64,000 nt of DNA from Vulcanimicrobiota bacterium (GTDB lineage Bacteria; Vulcanimicrobiota; Vulcanimicrobiia; Vulcanimicrobiales; Vulcanimicrobiaceae): contig CAVRQT010000003.1 in NCBI GenBank assembly GCA_963723515.1, positions 102,010-166,009 on the forward strand. Direction: 5' to 3'. The notes beneath the pieces are model-generated. The model searched no databases and had not been told where the DNA came from. It saw only the letters and a program-made list of their open reading frames with translations. Both the position numbers and the translations under genes were made by a program. Positions 28,866 to 37,873 of this stretch are shown here, one piece after another. Each line of letters opens with the position of its first letter. Position 1 is the first letter of the stretch.

Positions 28866-30341
28866 ATAACAAAGACACAACTGCTCATTGCCGGCGATTG
28901 GCGCGACGCCGCCGAGGGCGCCTCGTACGTCGATCGCAATCCGGCGACGAGCGAAGAGCTTGCGCAGGTCGCGAGCGCCTCTGCTGCCGATGTCGATCGC
29001 GCGGTGCAAGCCGCGCGTAAGGCCTTGGAGAGCGGGAAGTGGGCCACAATGGCCGCCTCGCGTCGCGCGAAGATCGTCTACAAGGTCGCGCAGTTGATCG
29101 CGGAGCGCGCAGAGGAGCTGGCTCTGCTTGAAGTTCGCGACAACGGCAAGACGATCGCCACGGCCAAAGGCGAGCTGAGCGCGATTATCGACACGTTCGA
29201 ATTTTACGCCGGTGCCGCGACCAAGAACTACGGTTCGACGTTACCTGCGCCTGTGCCGAACTACGTAGCGCACACGCTTGTCGAGCCGGTCGGCGTCGTA
29301 GGAGCAATCGTGCCGTGGAATTTTCCGTTGCTGCTTGCGAGTTGGAAGGTTGCACCGGCGCTTGCAACCGGCTGCACCGTCATCCTCAAGCCGGCATCCG
29401 CTACGCCGTTGACCGCACTCGAGCTTGGAAAAATTGGGCTTGAGGCCGGCCTCCCCGAAGGCGTCCTCAACATCCTTACCGGCCCCGGATCGGAACTGGG
29501 GCAAGCGCTCGTGGAGCATCCGGGGATCGACAAGATTGCGTTCACCGGAAGCACGTCGGTCGGCAAACGCGTCGCAAGCACGGCGGCGCAAACGCTCAAA
29601 CGAGTGACCCTCGAGCTCGGCGGAAAATCGCCGTCGCTTGTCTTCGACGATGCGGATGTTGATGCGGCGATCAACGGCGCGCTCTACGGTATCTTCTACA
29701 ACGCCGGACAAACATGCGAAGCACGTTCACGGGTTCTCGTTCACGAAGCAATCTACGATCAGTTCGTAAGTCGCTTCGGTGAGCAGGCGCAGAAGTTACG
29801 CATCGGCGACCCCGAGGATGCAAAGACGCAGATCGGCGCGATCACGGTCGAAGAGCAGCTCGAAAAGATTGCGGCCTACTGCGTATCCGGTGAAAAGGAA
29901 GGCGCGAAACGTCTGTTTGGCGGTCGTCGAGCCGCCGTCGGCAACGGGCAAGAGCGTGGAATGTTTTGGAGCGCTACGGCCTTTGAAGCCGAGCCCAACC
30001 ATCGCATCGCGCAAGAGGAGATCTTTGGGCCGGTCGTCGTTTTCTTGAAATTCAAAACCGAGAGTGAGGCAATCGAGCTCGCGAACGATAGTGAATATGG
30101 CCTTGCCGCAAGCATCTGGTCAAAAGACATCAGCCGCGTCTATCGCGTTACGCGGGCGTTGCGCAGCGGCACCGTCGCAATCAACACGCCATACGCGGTC
30201 TTTCCGGGCGTCCCGTTCGGCGGCTACAAGCGCTCCGGATACGGGCGGGAACTAGGACTAGAGACGATGCGCCTCTATTCTGAAACGAAGAGCGTTATAA
30301 CGTATGTGGGCGAGAAACCCATAAATGCATTCGGGGTATAA
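28866..30341 (+). CDS. NAD(P)-dependent aldehyde dehydrogenase; start codon not canonical or unresolved
   Basis: FTGSTSVGKRV, LELGGKSP, catalytic Cys in NAGQTCEARSR, and EEIFGPV. Homology (QLLIAGDWRDAAEG...NPAT) begins only 6 codons after the thiolase stop, where the only ATG-like codon is ATA 28866. The ORF track starts at GTG 29004, which would remove about 45 conserved residues. Confidence 0.75.
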   Translation: MTKTQLLIAGDWRDAAEGASYVDRNPATSEELAQVASASAADVDRAVQAARKALESGKWATMAASRRAKIVYKVAQLIAERAEELALLEVRDNGKTIATAKGELSAIIDTFEFYAGAATKNYGSTLPAPVPNYVAHTLVEPVGVVGAIVPWNFPLLLASWKVAPALATGCTVILKPASATPLTALELGKIGLEAGLPEGVLNILTGPGSELGQALVEHPGIDKIAFTGSTSVGKRVASTAAQTLKRVTLELGGKSPSLVFDDADVDAAINGALYGIFYNAGQTCEARSRVLVHEAIYDQFVSRFGEQAQKLRIGDPEDAKTQIGAITVEEQLEKIAAYCVSGEKEGAKRLFGGRRAAVGNGQERGMFWSATAFEAEPNHRIAQEEIFGPVVVFLKFKTESEAIELANDSEYGLAASIWSKDISRVYRVTRALRSGTVAINTPYAVFPGVPFGGYKRSGYGRELGLETMRLYSETKSVITYVGEKPINAFGV

Positions 30342-30347
30342 ACGCAC

Positions 30348-30668
30348 ATCGAACAGCTAAAAATCGGACAGACCTACGAAACGACGTACGGCACGCTTTG
30401 GAAGGAAGGCACGTATTTTCCGCGCGGTACGAAGGTCGAGGTCGTCGGCGTTCATCTCGAGCAAGGATTTTGCGTGCGCTTTCCCGCGGAAGTTGATGGC
30501 GAGCCGCTCGAGACGTGGGAAGATTGGGCCGAATCCGATTTTCTCGCCGAAGAAGGCACCGTTGAACCGACGCAAACGATCTCTGCCTCGGTGCTCGCTG
30601 AAGCGCGCGAGGTGCTCAGCGATGCGGAAGACGGCTGTCACCTGCACCTTCACGAAGGCGAAGAGTAG
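30348..30668 (+). CDS. small acidic protein of unknown function (C-terminal CHLHLHEGEE); start unresolved
   Basis: Open in the ALDH frame right after TAA 30339-30341, with strong third-position G/C bias from 30342 onward. The first canonical start is GTG 30474. The antisense ORF 30357..30653 is judged a shadow. Confidence 0.4.
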   Translation: MEQLKIGQTYETTYGTLWKEGTYFPRGTKVEVVGVHLEQGFCVRFPAEVDGEPLETWEDWAESDFLAEEGTVEPTQTISASVLAEAREVLSDAEDGCHLHLHEGEE

Positions 30669-30680
30669 CGGTCGCGCGTC

Positions 30681-31502
30681 TTACAGCGCGCTCTTGAAGA
30701 ACCGTTCGGCCTTCTGAGAAATCAAACCGTAATATTGCCGGAAGATCGCGGAGGCGACGCTGCCGGGCCAATGCGCCGGAAGCAACGCGCTGGGTAGTCC
30801 GGGATCGACATATAAGAATTTGCGAAAGTCCTGAACGAGTTGCAAGCGTTCGATGAATGCGTCGCGCTCGCTGAGCGCGCGAGCGGAGCGTTCTTTTTCA
30901 ATCCGCGGTTCGTAGAATGCAACGAACTCGCGATACGCGGCGGCGATCGCCTCGACGTTCCAGCAGCGTTCCAGCAGATCGCGGTCGCCCATGGGCCCCT
31001 CGTAGTCGGCGATGAAGAGTTGCACGTTGCCGGAGAGAGCGGGCTGCCTTGCGAGCTCTTGAATTTCGGCGCGAACGTCGCGCGGCGAGATCCAAACCGC
31101 CGGCGCGAGCGGCGCAAAGCCGAGCAGCGCCAACTCTTTGCGCAAACGGTCCCGCAGTTGCCGCTGCTTTTCCGCAATGCCGTAAACGACGATCCGCCAG
31201 CGTCCATCCCATTCACCTGCCGGTTCATAAATGCGCGGCGCAATATGTGCGATGCGGTTTGTGCCGTGTTCCGTAAGCGCGTATGAAGCGCGCCCGCCAT
31301 CTCTTACGCGCGCGAGCCAGCCCTGTGCGGCCATCCGTGAAAGCGCTTGGCGCACTGCCTGTTCGCTGATGCCTAGCTCCGCCATCAGCCTCACCAAGCT
31401 GCCGACCGGCAGTCTGCCGTTGCACATCCGGCCGAAATCACCGTATAGCGTGAAGATGAGCGATGCGGCTCGAGCCGCCTTGACAGCCGTGGCGTTGCGC
31501 AT
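30681..31502 (-). CDS. paaX: PaaX family transcriptional repressor
   Basis: 273 aa. N-terminal wHTH (LIFTLYGDF...LVRLMAELGISEQAVRQALSRMAAQGWL), then the WDGRWRIVVY and LRKELALLGFAPLAPAVWISP blocks characteristic of PaaX. Confidence 0.8.
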   Translation of the reverse strand: MRNATAVKAARAASLIFTLYGDFGRMCNGRLPVGSLVRLMAELGISEQAVRQALSRMAAQGWLARVRDGGRASYALTEHGTNRIAHIAPRIYEPAGEWDGRWRIVVYGIAEKQRQLRDRLRKELALLGFAPLAPAVWISPRDVRAEIQELARQPALSGNVQLFIADYEGPMGDRDLLERCWNVEAIAAAYREFVAFYEPRIEKERSARALSERDAFIERLQLVQDFRKFLYVDPGLPSALLPAHWPGSVASAIFRQYYGLISQKAERFFKSAL

Positions 31503-31508
31503 GCTAGT

Positions 31509-31518
31509 ATAACGTTAT
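31509..31518. promoter_or_regulatory. perfect 10-bp palindrome ATAACGTTAT in the paaX / oxygenase divergent intergenic region (candidate operator)
   Basis: Read directly. It lies 7 nt from the paaX start and 52 nt upstream of the oxygenase start. Confidence 0.25.
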
Positions 31519-31570
31519 TCTCACGACATCACAAAATTCCGTCACAGCGACGAGGAGACACTTCCGAACG

Positions 31571-32692
31571 ATGACGCGCATAGCGACCTTCGATGACTGG
31601 GTCGATCTGCTGCGGCAATGGCAGCACGATATCGGGCTCGACCAGGAACTGGTCGAGCGCTACATGCCCGGCTACGAATTTGAAGCCAAATACGGCGAAT
31701 TGCCGACAGACGAGATCACCTTCGGTGAGTTTGCCGGCGAGCGCAAGTGGGAGAAAGTCCTGGAGATTCCCGATCAGCGCATGCGCGATGCCGTCTTGAA
31801 CATGGTCGTCTATCAGGGCGATACGGAGTTCGCTTCCAACGAGCAGCAGCGTTTTCTCGTCAACAACGCGCCCAGCGAGTACGATCTTGCTTCGCTCGTT
31901 CGCATCATGGTCGAAGAGACGCGCCATGGCTATCAGATGTGCCATCTGATGATCAAGCACTTTGGCGAAGACGGCAAAATAGAAGCGCAAAAGATGCTCG
32001 AACGGCGTGCTTACGGCAAGAAGAACCGCTTGCTGAATGCCTTCAATGACGACGTGACGCATTGGCTCGATTTCTTCGCGTATACGAATTTCATGGATCG
32101 CGACGGAAAATTCCAGTTGACGATGCTCTCGCACTCCGGCTTTGCGCCGTTGGCGCAATCGATGGGCCCCATGCTTCGCGAAGAGTCCTTTCACATGGGA
32201 ACGGGAGTCTCGGGTTTGAAGCGGATCGCGCAAGCCGGCGTCATTCCGGTTGAGCTGCAGCAGAAGTACTACAACAAGTGGCTCTCGGGTTCACTCGACC
32301 TCTTTGGAACGGACCACTCGAGTTCCGCGCAATGGGCGTATGCCTGGGGCATTAAGGGGCGCGTCGATGAGGACAAGACGCAAGACCAGGTCGACCGCGA
32401 GCATTTGAATGAACGCGCCCGCGCGCAGTTCTACGACGAGGCCTCCAAGACGGTCGAGAGGGTCAATAGCGTCAATCCGTCGCCGACGAAGTTGTACATT
32501 CCGGATTTGCGCTTCAATCGTGAAATCGGGGAATTCGCCGGTCAGCGTTGGAGCGTTGATGGACGTCGCTTAACCGAAGAAGAGTGGCAAGCATACGCGC
32601 CGACGGTCCTTCCGAACGTACAAGATGAAGCGGCGCTCGCAGAACTTTTCAAGAGTCCGAATTGGATCGCACCGAAAGGAAAGGCAGCATGA
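31571..32692 (+). CDS. BoxB/PaaA-family di-iron acyl-CoA oxygenase (short form)
   Basis: 373 aa. E86-x29-E116-x2-H119 (MVEETRHGYQM) and D176-x28-E205-x2-H208 (FMDRDGKFQL...MLREESFHMGTG) form a duplicated di-iron carboxylate signature. The context is PaaX, crotonase, ALDH, thiolase and PaaH. Confidence 0.65.
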   Translation: MTRIATFDDWVDLLRQWQHDIGLDQELVERYMPGYEFEAKYGELPTDEITFGEFAGERKWEKVLEIPDQRMRDAVLNMVVYQGDTEFASNEQQRFLVNNAPSEYDLASLVRIMVEETRHGYQMCHLMIKHFGEDGKIEAQKMLERRAYGKKNRLLNAFNDDVTHWLDFFAYTNFMDRDGKFQLTMLSHSGFAPLAQSMGPMLREESFHMGTGVSGLKRIAQAGVIPVELQQKYYNKWLSGSLDLFGTDHSSSAQWAYAWGIKGRVDEDKTQDQVDREHLNERARAQFYDEASKTVERVNSVNPSPTKLYIPDLRFNREIGEFAGQRWSVDGRRLTEEEWQAYAPTVLPNVQDEAALAELFKSPNWIAPKGKAA

Positions 32693-33585
32693 CCGTTCGA
32701 CACGCAGCTCCCTTCGACAAGCTCAGGTGACAGCTCGGCAAGATCGGCGCGTAAGGAGACACCGTTCGGACGCGAGGGCCGGCCGCTCGACGGCAAGCGT
32801 CTCATTAACTCTAGCCGCGAAGGGCACATCGCGCTGCATCGAGATGAACGACCCGCCCGCCAATACGTACACGCACGAGATGATGCGCCAGCTCGATGAC
32901 GCGATTTTGGATGCGCGCTTCGACGATGAGGTCGAAGTGATCGTCGTGACGGGATCCGGTGAGAAGTTCTTCTCCGCCGGCGCCAACATCGGCATGCTTA
33001 ACTCGCGTCACGCCACAGTTCAAGTACATGTTTTGCCTGCATGCCAACGAGACGCTCTGCCGATTCGAGCAGACGCCCAAACTCGTTATCGCGGCGCTCA
33101 ACGGCCACACGGTCGGCGGCGGCCTCGAGATTGCAATGGCGTGCGACATTCGCATCGCGCGCAAGGACGCTGGCAAGATCGGTCTGCCCGAAGTCGCGCT
33201 CGGCGTGCTGCCTGGCACCGGCGGAACGCAACGCTTGGCGCGCCTTGTCGGAAAATCCAAAGCGATCGAGCTGATGGCGTCGGGCCGCACCTTTAGCTTC
33301 GAACAGGCGCTCGATTTTGGAATCGTCAACGAGATCTTCGAAGGCGATGCGCAGTCGTTTCGCGAGCAAGTGCTGAGCTACGCGAAGCAGTTCGCATCGC
33401 CCAACAAGGCGCCGATGGCGGTCGGACATATCAAGCGGAGCGTGCAAACGGGCATTGAACTGCCGCTCAACGATGCACTGGCGTTGGAACGCGAGCTGCA
33501 ATCGCTGCTCTTCAAGAGCGAAGATGCAAAAGAAGGGCTCGCGGCCTATAACGAAAAGCGCGTTGCGCGCTTCAAAAACCGCTGA
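32689..33585 (+). pseudogene. enoyl-CoA hydratase/isomerase (crotonase) family, 2-3 frameshifts
   Basis: ATG 32689 overlaps the oxygenase stop (ATGA). REGHIAL (frame 2) joins IEMNDPPANTY...VVTGSGEKFFSAGANIGMLNS (ORF 32625..33296) if c32837 is dropped. That joins VTPQFKYMF...ALNGHTVGGGLEIAMACDIRIA...GLPEVALGVLPGTGGTQRL (ORF 32959..33585) if c33006 is dropped. The first 40 codons are unresolved. Confidence 0.7.
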
Positions 33586-33636
33586 TCGTCCGGCGAATGC
33601 TACACCGCGCACACGCTAGGGTCGCGTAGGATTACA

Positions 33637-35378
33637 ATGATCAATTTGAGCGCAATCATTGGCACGGCACTCTTAGCGGCCCAACTTGCCGCGGCGCCGG
33701 CGCCGCCGCTCCGTCCGTCAAGCGACGCGACGCTCAATGCCTTGGCGCAAGCCTATTTCGCTTACGCGTGGCGCGATAATCCGGTGCAGGCGACGAACGC
33801 CGGCGTGCATACGTACGACACGGCGCTTGGTTCGTACAGCGCGGCGGCGTATCGCGCGCGCATTGCGGCGGCCAAATCGTATCTGCGCGCGCTGCACGCG
33901 ATCGACCGGCGTAAACTTTCTACCGAAGCCGGATACGACTATGCGATCTTTGAAAGCCGCCTCCGCGCGACGCTGCTCTCGCTTCGAAACGGAGCAGAGT
34001 TGGCGGCATCATCCAAGCCAATACACCGGCGCCGCCTCAAATGCGATCTTCTCGCTGATCAAGCGTGACTTTGCGCCGCTCGACGTGCGCCTGGGCGACG
34101 CAATCGCGCGAGAACGTCAAATTCCGAAGTTACTGGCAGACGGTGCGGCAAACATCACCACGGTCGATCCGACGACCGCGCAAATCGAAGCCGCCGACGT
34201 CAAAGGCGCGATCACGTTCTTCTCGACGATCGTTCCGCAAGCGTTTCACGAGCGTTAGCGATCCGCTGTTGCAAGCGCAGTTCAAGACGGCCAATGCGGC
34301 GACCATTGCGGCGATTGAGCGGTTCAGCGATCGAATGATGGCGGGACCATTCGCGCATCCCTCCGGCACTTATGCCATCGGAGCGAAAGACTTTGCCGCC
34401 CGCCTAGCGTTGCAAGAGCTGACGCCGATTCCGCTCACTGAGTACGAGCGCGTCGGAATGCGCGCGTTGGACCAAACGAAGGCGCAATTTGTCGCGATCG
34501 CGCAGCAGATCGATCCAGCGAAGACGCCGCAGCAGGTTGCGGATGAAATCGGCGTCGACCATCCAACCGCGGATCAACTGCTTCCTGCGGCGCAGCGCGA
34601 TCTTGACGATCTGCGCGCCTTTGTGATCCAACACCACATCGTGACGCTGCCGCCCGATTACAACATCAAGGTCGTTCCGACGCCGGTCTTCGCACGGCAG
34701 ACCACCTTCGCATCGATGGATGCGCCGGGGCCATTAGAGACGGTGGCGACGCAAGCATACTATAACGTGACGCCCGTTGAACCGGATTGGTCGCCGCAGC
34801 GTGCCGAATCGCACCTAACGTTTTTCAACAATTACTACCGTCCGATCGTCGGCGCGCATGAGGTGATGCCCGGTCACTACGTCAATTTTACGCTGAACCG
34901 GCACGAAAAGCTCTCGCTGATTCGCCGGCTCTTCGCAAGCCCGTCATATGCCGAAGGGTGGGCGCATTACGACGAGCAGATGATGGTCGATGAAGGGTGG
35001 GGCAACGGCAATCCTAAGGTTCGTTTAGCGCAGCTTGAGGGCGCGCTCTTGCGAGAAGCCCGCTACATCGTTGGTTTGCGCGAGCATACGCAAGGCATGA
35101 CCGTCGACCAAGCGACGCAATTCTTCATCGACAACGCCTTCGTCGGGCAAGAGCCGGCGCATCGCGAAGCGTTGCGCGGGACGCAGGATCCGCTTTATGG
35201 CTACTACACGCTCGGCAAACTCGAGCTGCTCAAACTGCGCGACGATTATCGTCGCAAGATGGGGGCCGCATATTCGCTGCAGCGCTTCCATGACGCATTT
35301 CTTGCGCACGGCGATCCGCCGATCGCGATCACGCGAAAGGAATTGCTCGGCAAATCTGACGACGGCCGTTTGCTCTAG
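33637..35378 (+). pseudogene. DUF885 family protein (secreted, metallopeptidase-like HExxPGH), 2 frameshifts
   Basis: Signal peptide MINLSAIIGTALLAAQLAAA. ORFs 33637..34068, 33686..34258 and 34065..35378 join at about 33985 and 34251. HEVMPGHY and the long C-terminal region are typical of DUF885. Confidence 0.75.
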
Positions 35379-35398
35379 GGAAGCGGCGGCGACACGCT

Positions 35399-36130
35399 CT
35401 ATGAAACGGACGTCGCGGTGAATTTCGGGCACAGCAGCGTGTCGATCGGATCGGTAGCGATCGAATCGAGATAGCCCTCGGGAATATTCAATTCGAATGC
35501 CGACGGCCAAGGCGTCGCAGGCACCGGAAACTTGACCGGGATCCTGACATAGTGATACTCGCCGGTCGCCGTACGTAACTTCATAACGACGGAAAGCGAT
35601 TCGATCGCCCTATCGGGCAGTTGCGGCATGAATTGCGCATAGTATGCGTCTTCATCTTTTTCGATCGTCGTTTGCAGCGGGATCGGATTTGAGATCGGCT
35701 GATTGCACGGCGCGTTTCGATCGAGTGCGACGAACTCGGGTTGCGCGTACGAGAATGCTGCCGGTGTGGTACCTGTCAAGAGCAACGGCACTCCGCCAGG
35801 AGACGGGCCGCTTGCAAGGGTTTCTTTGATGTTCCGCAGTTGGTCCGGGATGAAGAAGACGAAATCAGAAGCGCTGCAGCCGTATTTCGGAACGCTGACT
35901 TGCAGACGGTAGAGGCCGCGAGGCACATCAAACTCCACGACCGGCTCCTCGCCGTAGCCCCGATCCGCCGAATAGGTACGGTCGACTTGCGGCCGGCCGA
36001 TTCGATCGCTCACGCGTACGTGCATCGCAAAGGCGGTTTGCGCCCTCAAGCGTGAAATCGGGCCACAGAGGCCAACGTGAAGCGCGACATGCGTTAGACC
36101 GTTCATCGAACCGCGCTCTCCGTTCGCCAT
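35399..36130 (-). CDS. hypothetical protein downstream of the DNA ligase gene
   Basis: This is the part of ORF 35399..36400 downstream of the ligase stop; ATG 36130 (MANGERGSMNGL...). No motif recognised. Third-position GC bias is consistent with coding. Confidence 0.45.
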   Translation of the reverse strand: MANGERGSMNGLTHVALHVGLCGPISRLRAQTAFAMHVRVSDRIGRPQVDRTYSADRGYGEEPVVEFDVPRGLYRLQVSVPKYGCSASDFVFFIPDQLRNIKETLASGPSPGGVPLLLTGTTPAAFSYAQPEFVALDRNAPCNQPISNPIPLQTTIEKDEDAYYAQFMPQLPDRAIESLSVVMKLRTATGEYHYVRIPVKFPVPATPWPSAFELNIPEGYLDSIATDPIDTLLCPKFTATSVS

Positions 36131-36146
36131 CTCTAGGACGAACGCT

Positions 36147-37847
36147 TCACGATGCGGACGGTGACGCGATGCCTTCACGAGCGAGCATGGCGGTGTAGAT
36201 CTCACGCACGCTTTCCAGCGTGTCGATCTCGTCAGGCGGTTTGTCATCACGGATCCGCACGATCCGGGGGAAACGCAGCGCAAAGCCGCTGTCATGCAAA
36301 TCGCTTTCTTGAATGATGTCGAAGGCCACTTCCAAGACGACTCGCGGCTCAACGGGTATCGCACGTCGCCATCCGCGGCTCCGTGCTGGCGCTTCCGCAA
36401 CCGTGTGAGACAAGAACCACTCCGTCAGGCGGGCGATCTCCGCATCCGTGAGACCTGAATATGCCTTTCCGATCGTCAGCAAGCGGCCGTCCTCTCCGCG
36501 AACCGCAAAGGTATAGTCGGAGAGCACGTTTGCGCGTTTCCCATGGCCCCACTCAACTCCAACGACGACAACGTCGAGCGTTGAGAGCTCGCGCTTGAGT
36601 TTTAGCCACCACTTTCCGCGCCGCCCGGGAAGGTACGGCGAATCGGCGCGCTTGAGCATCAACCCTTCATTGCCCCGTTGCCGTGCCGCCTCAAAATGCT
36701 CGTGCAGCTTCTCGGCGCCGGCCGCGCTCTCCCAAAGTGACCACGACGCGAGCTGCACATGGTCGCCGCCAACGGCGATCTCGGAGAGAATCTCCCGGCG
36801 CATCGAAAGCGGCTCGTCGAGCAAGAAGCGTTCGTTCCGTGCGAGCAAGTCGAAACACGCGAACGTCACCGGTACCTCGGCAAGCAACCCCTGCGAGACG
36901 TCTTTGCGCTGCAATCTGGCTTGCAAGTAGCGGAACGGCAACACACGACCGTCTTTTTGTGCGATGATCTCGCCATCGAAAATCATCGAACCGGAAATCT
37001 GCCGCGCGTCAGCGACGATCTCCGGATACGAATGCGCGACGTCGTTGAGCGTACGCGAGAAGATTCTGACGATATCGCCATGCTTGTGCAACTGCGCGCG
37101 AATCCCGTCAAACTTATCTTCGAGGATCCATGGTGCTCCGCGCAGCTCCTTATAGGATGAGCCGTAAAGAATCGGGGACGCCAGCATGAATCCGATCGGC
37201 GAGCCATATGCGACTGCGATTTCGTTAAGACGATGATGGCGCGCCGCGAGTGCGACCTCACCGATATCACCGCTCGCCATCACGGCACGCCGCACGTCGC
37301 GGCTTTCGCAATCGAAGGCTTTCGCAAGAGCGTCGATGACGAGACCCTCTTTGAGCCCGATGCGCAACTCGCCGGTCATAATCTTGATCGCGTATTTGGC
37401 TTCAAGTTGGCAGCGGCACGCGCGCAAGATGCGTTCGCAGAGCAACTGTCGTTTTCGTGAAGCGGCTTTTCCGGACGCGGCCGCGATTTGATCCAAAATC
37501 ACCTTTAAGGACGCGGGGTGGAGCGTTTCGCTAAAGAGTTCAGGCGTATCGCTCGGTTTGATGAGCGGCGCGAGAGCCGCACCGAGGTCGCCGTGGCGGC
37601 GATAGCCGTGAGCAAGTTCCGCCTCACCGACGTTCCACGCCGCACGAGCGGCCGCTACGATCGTGCTGCCGCCAAGCGAGAGCGCCCGCTGATCGCGCGC
37701 TGCAAATGGATTGCCGGTGAAGAAGCGCGTTGCCGCGGCGAGATCGAGATCGTCAAGCTCGCGCAGGTAGCTTGCGAGCAAATCGATCTTCGCCAGCTTC
37801 GACGACGTCGCTGCGATCGCGTCAGCGGTCTGCGCGAATCGCAACAT
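36147..37847 (-). CDS. ATP-dependent DNA ligase (ligase-associated DNA damage response type)
   Basis: 566 aa. Adenylation motif I LEDKFDGIRAQ, plus FDGEI, EGLMLKR, WLKLKR and an OB-fold C-terminal part. An MBL exonuclease gene lies upstream. Confidence 0.85.
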   Translation of the reverse strand: MLRFAQTADAIAATSSKLAKIDLLASYLRELDDLDLAAATRFFTGNPFAARDQRALSLGGSTIVAAARAAWNVGEAELAHGYRRHGDLGAALAPLIKPSDTPELFSETLHPASLKVILDQIAAASGKAASRKRQLLCERILRACRCQLEAKYAIKIMTGELRIGLKEGLVIDALAKAFDCESRDVRRAVMASGDIGEVALAARHHRLNEIAVAYGSPIGFMLASPILYGSSYKELRGAPWILEDKFDGIRAQLHKHGDIVRIFSRTLNDVAHSYPEIVADARQISGSMIFDGEIIAQKDGRVLPFRYLQARLQRKDVSQGLLAEVPVTFACFDLLARNERFLLDEPLSMRREILSEIAVGGDHVQLASWSLWESAAGAEKLHEHFEAARQRGNEGLMLKRADSPYLPGRRGKWWLKLKRELSTLDVVVVGVEWGHGKRANVLSDYTFAVRGEDGRLLTIGKAYSGLTDAEIARLTEWFLSHTVAEAPARSRGWRRAIPVEPRVVLEVAFDIIQESDLHDSGFALRFPRIVRIRDDKPPDEIDTLESVREIYTAMLAREGIASPSAS

Positions 37848-37873
37848 GGAACCGTACGCCGCGAGGTGCGGTG

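Noticed and set aside
30357-30653. 98-aa minus-strand ORF between the ALDH gene and paaX
   Set aside because: The plus-strand frame across the same bases has the better third-position GC bias and a more protein-like sequence. It also lies in the operon direction, so the minus ORF is treated as its shadow (low confidence either way).
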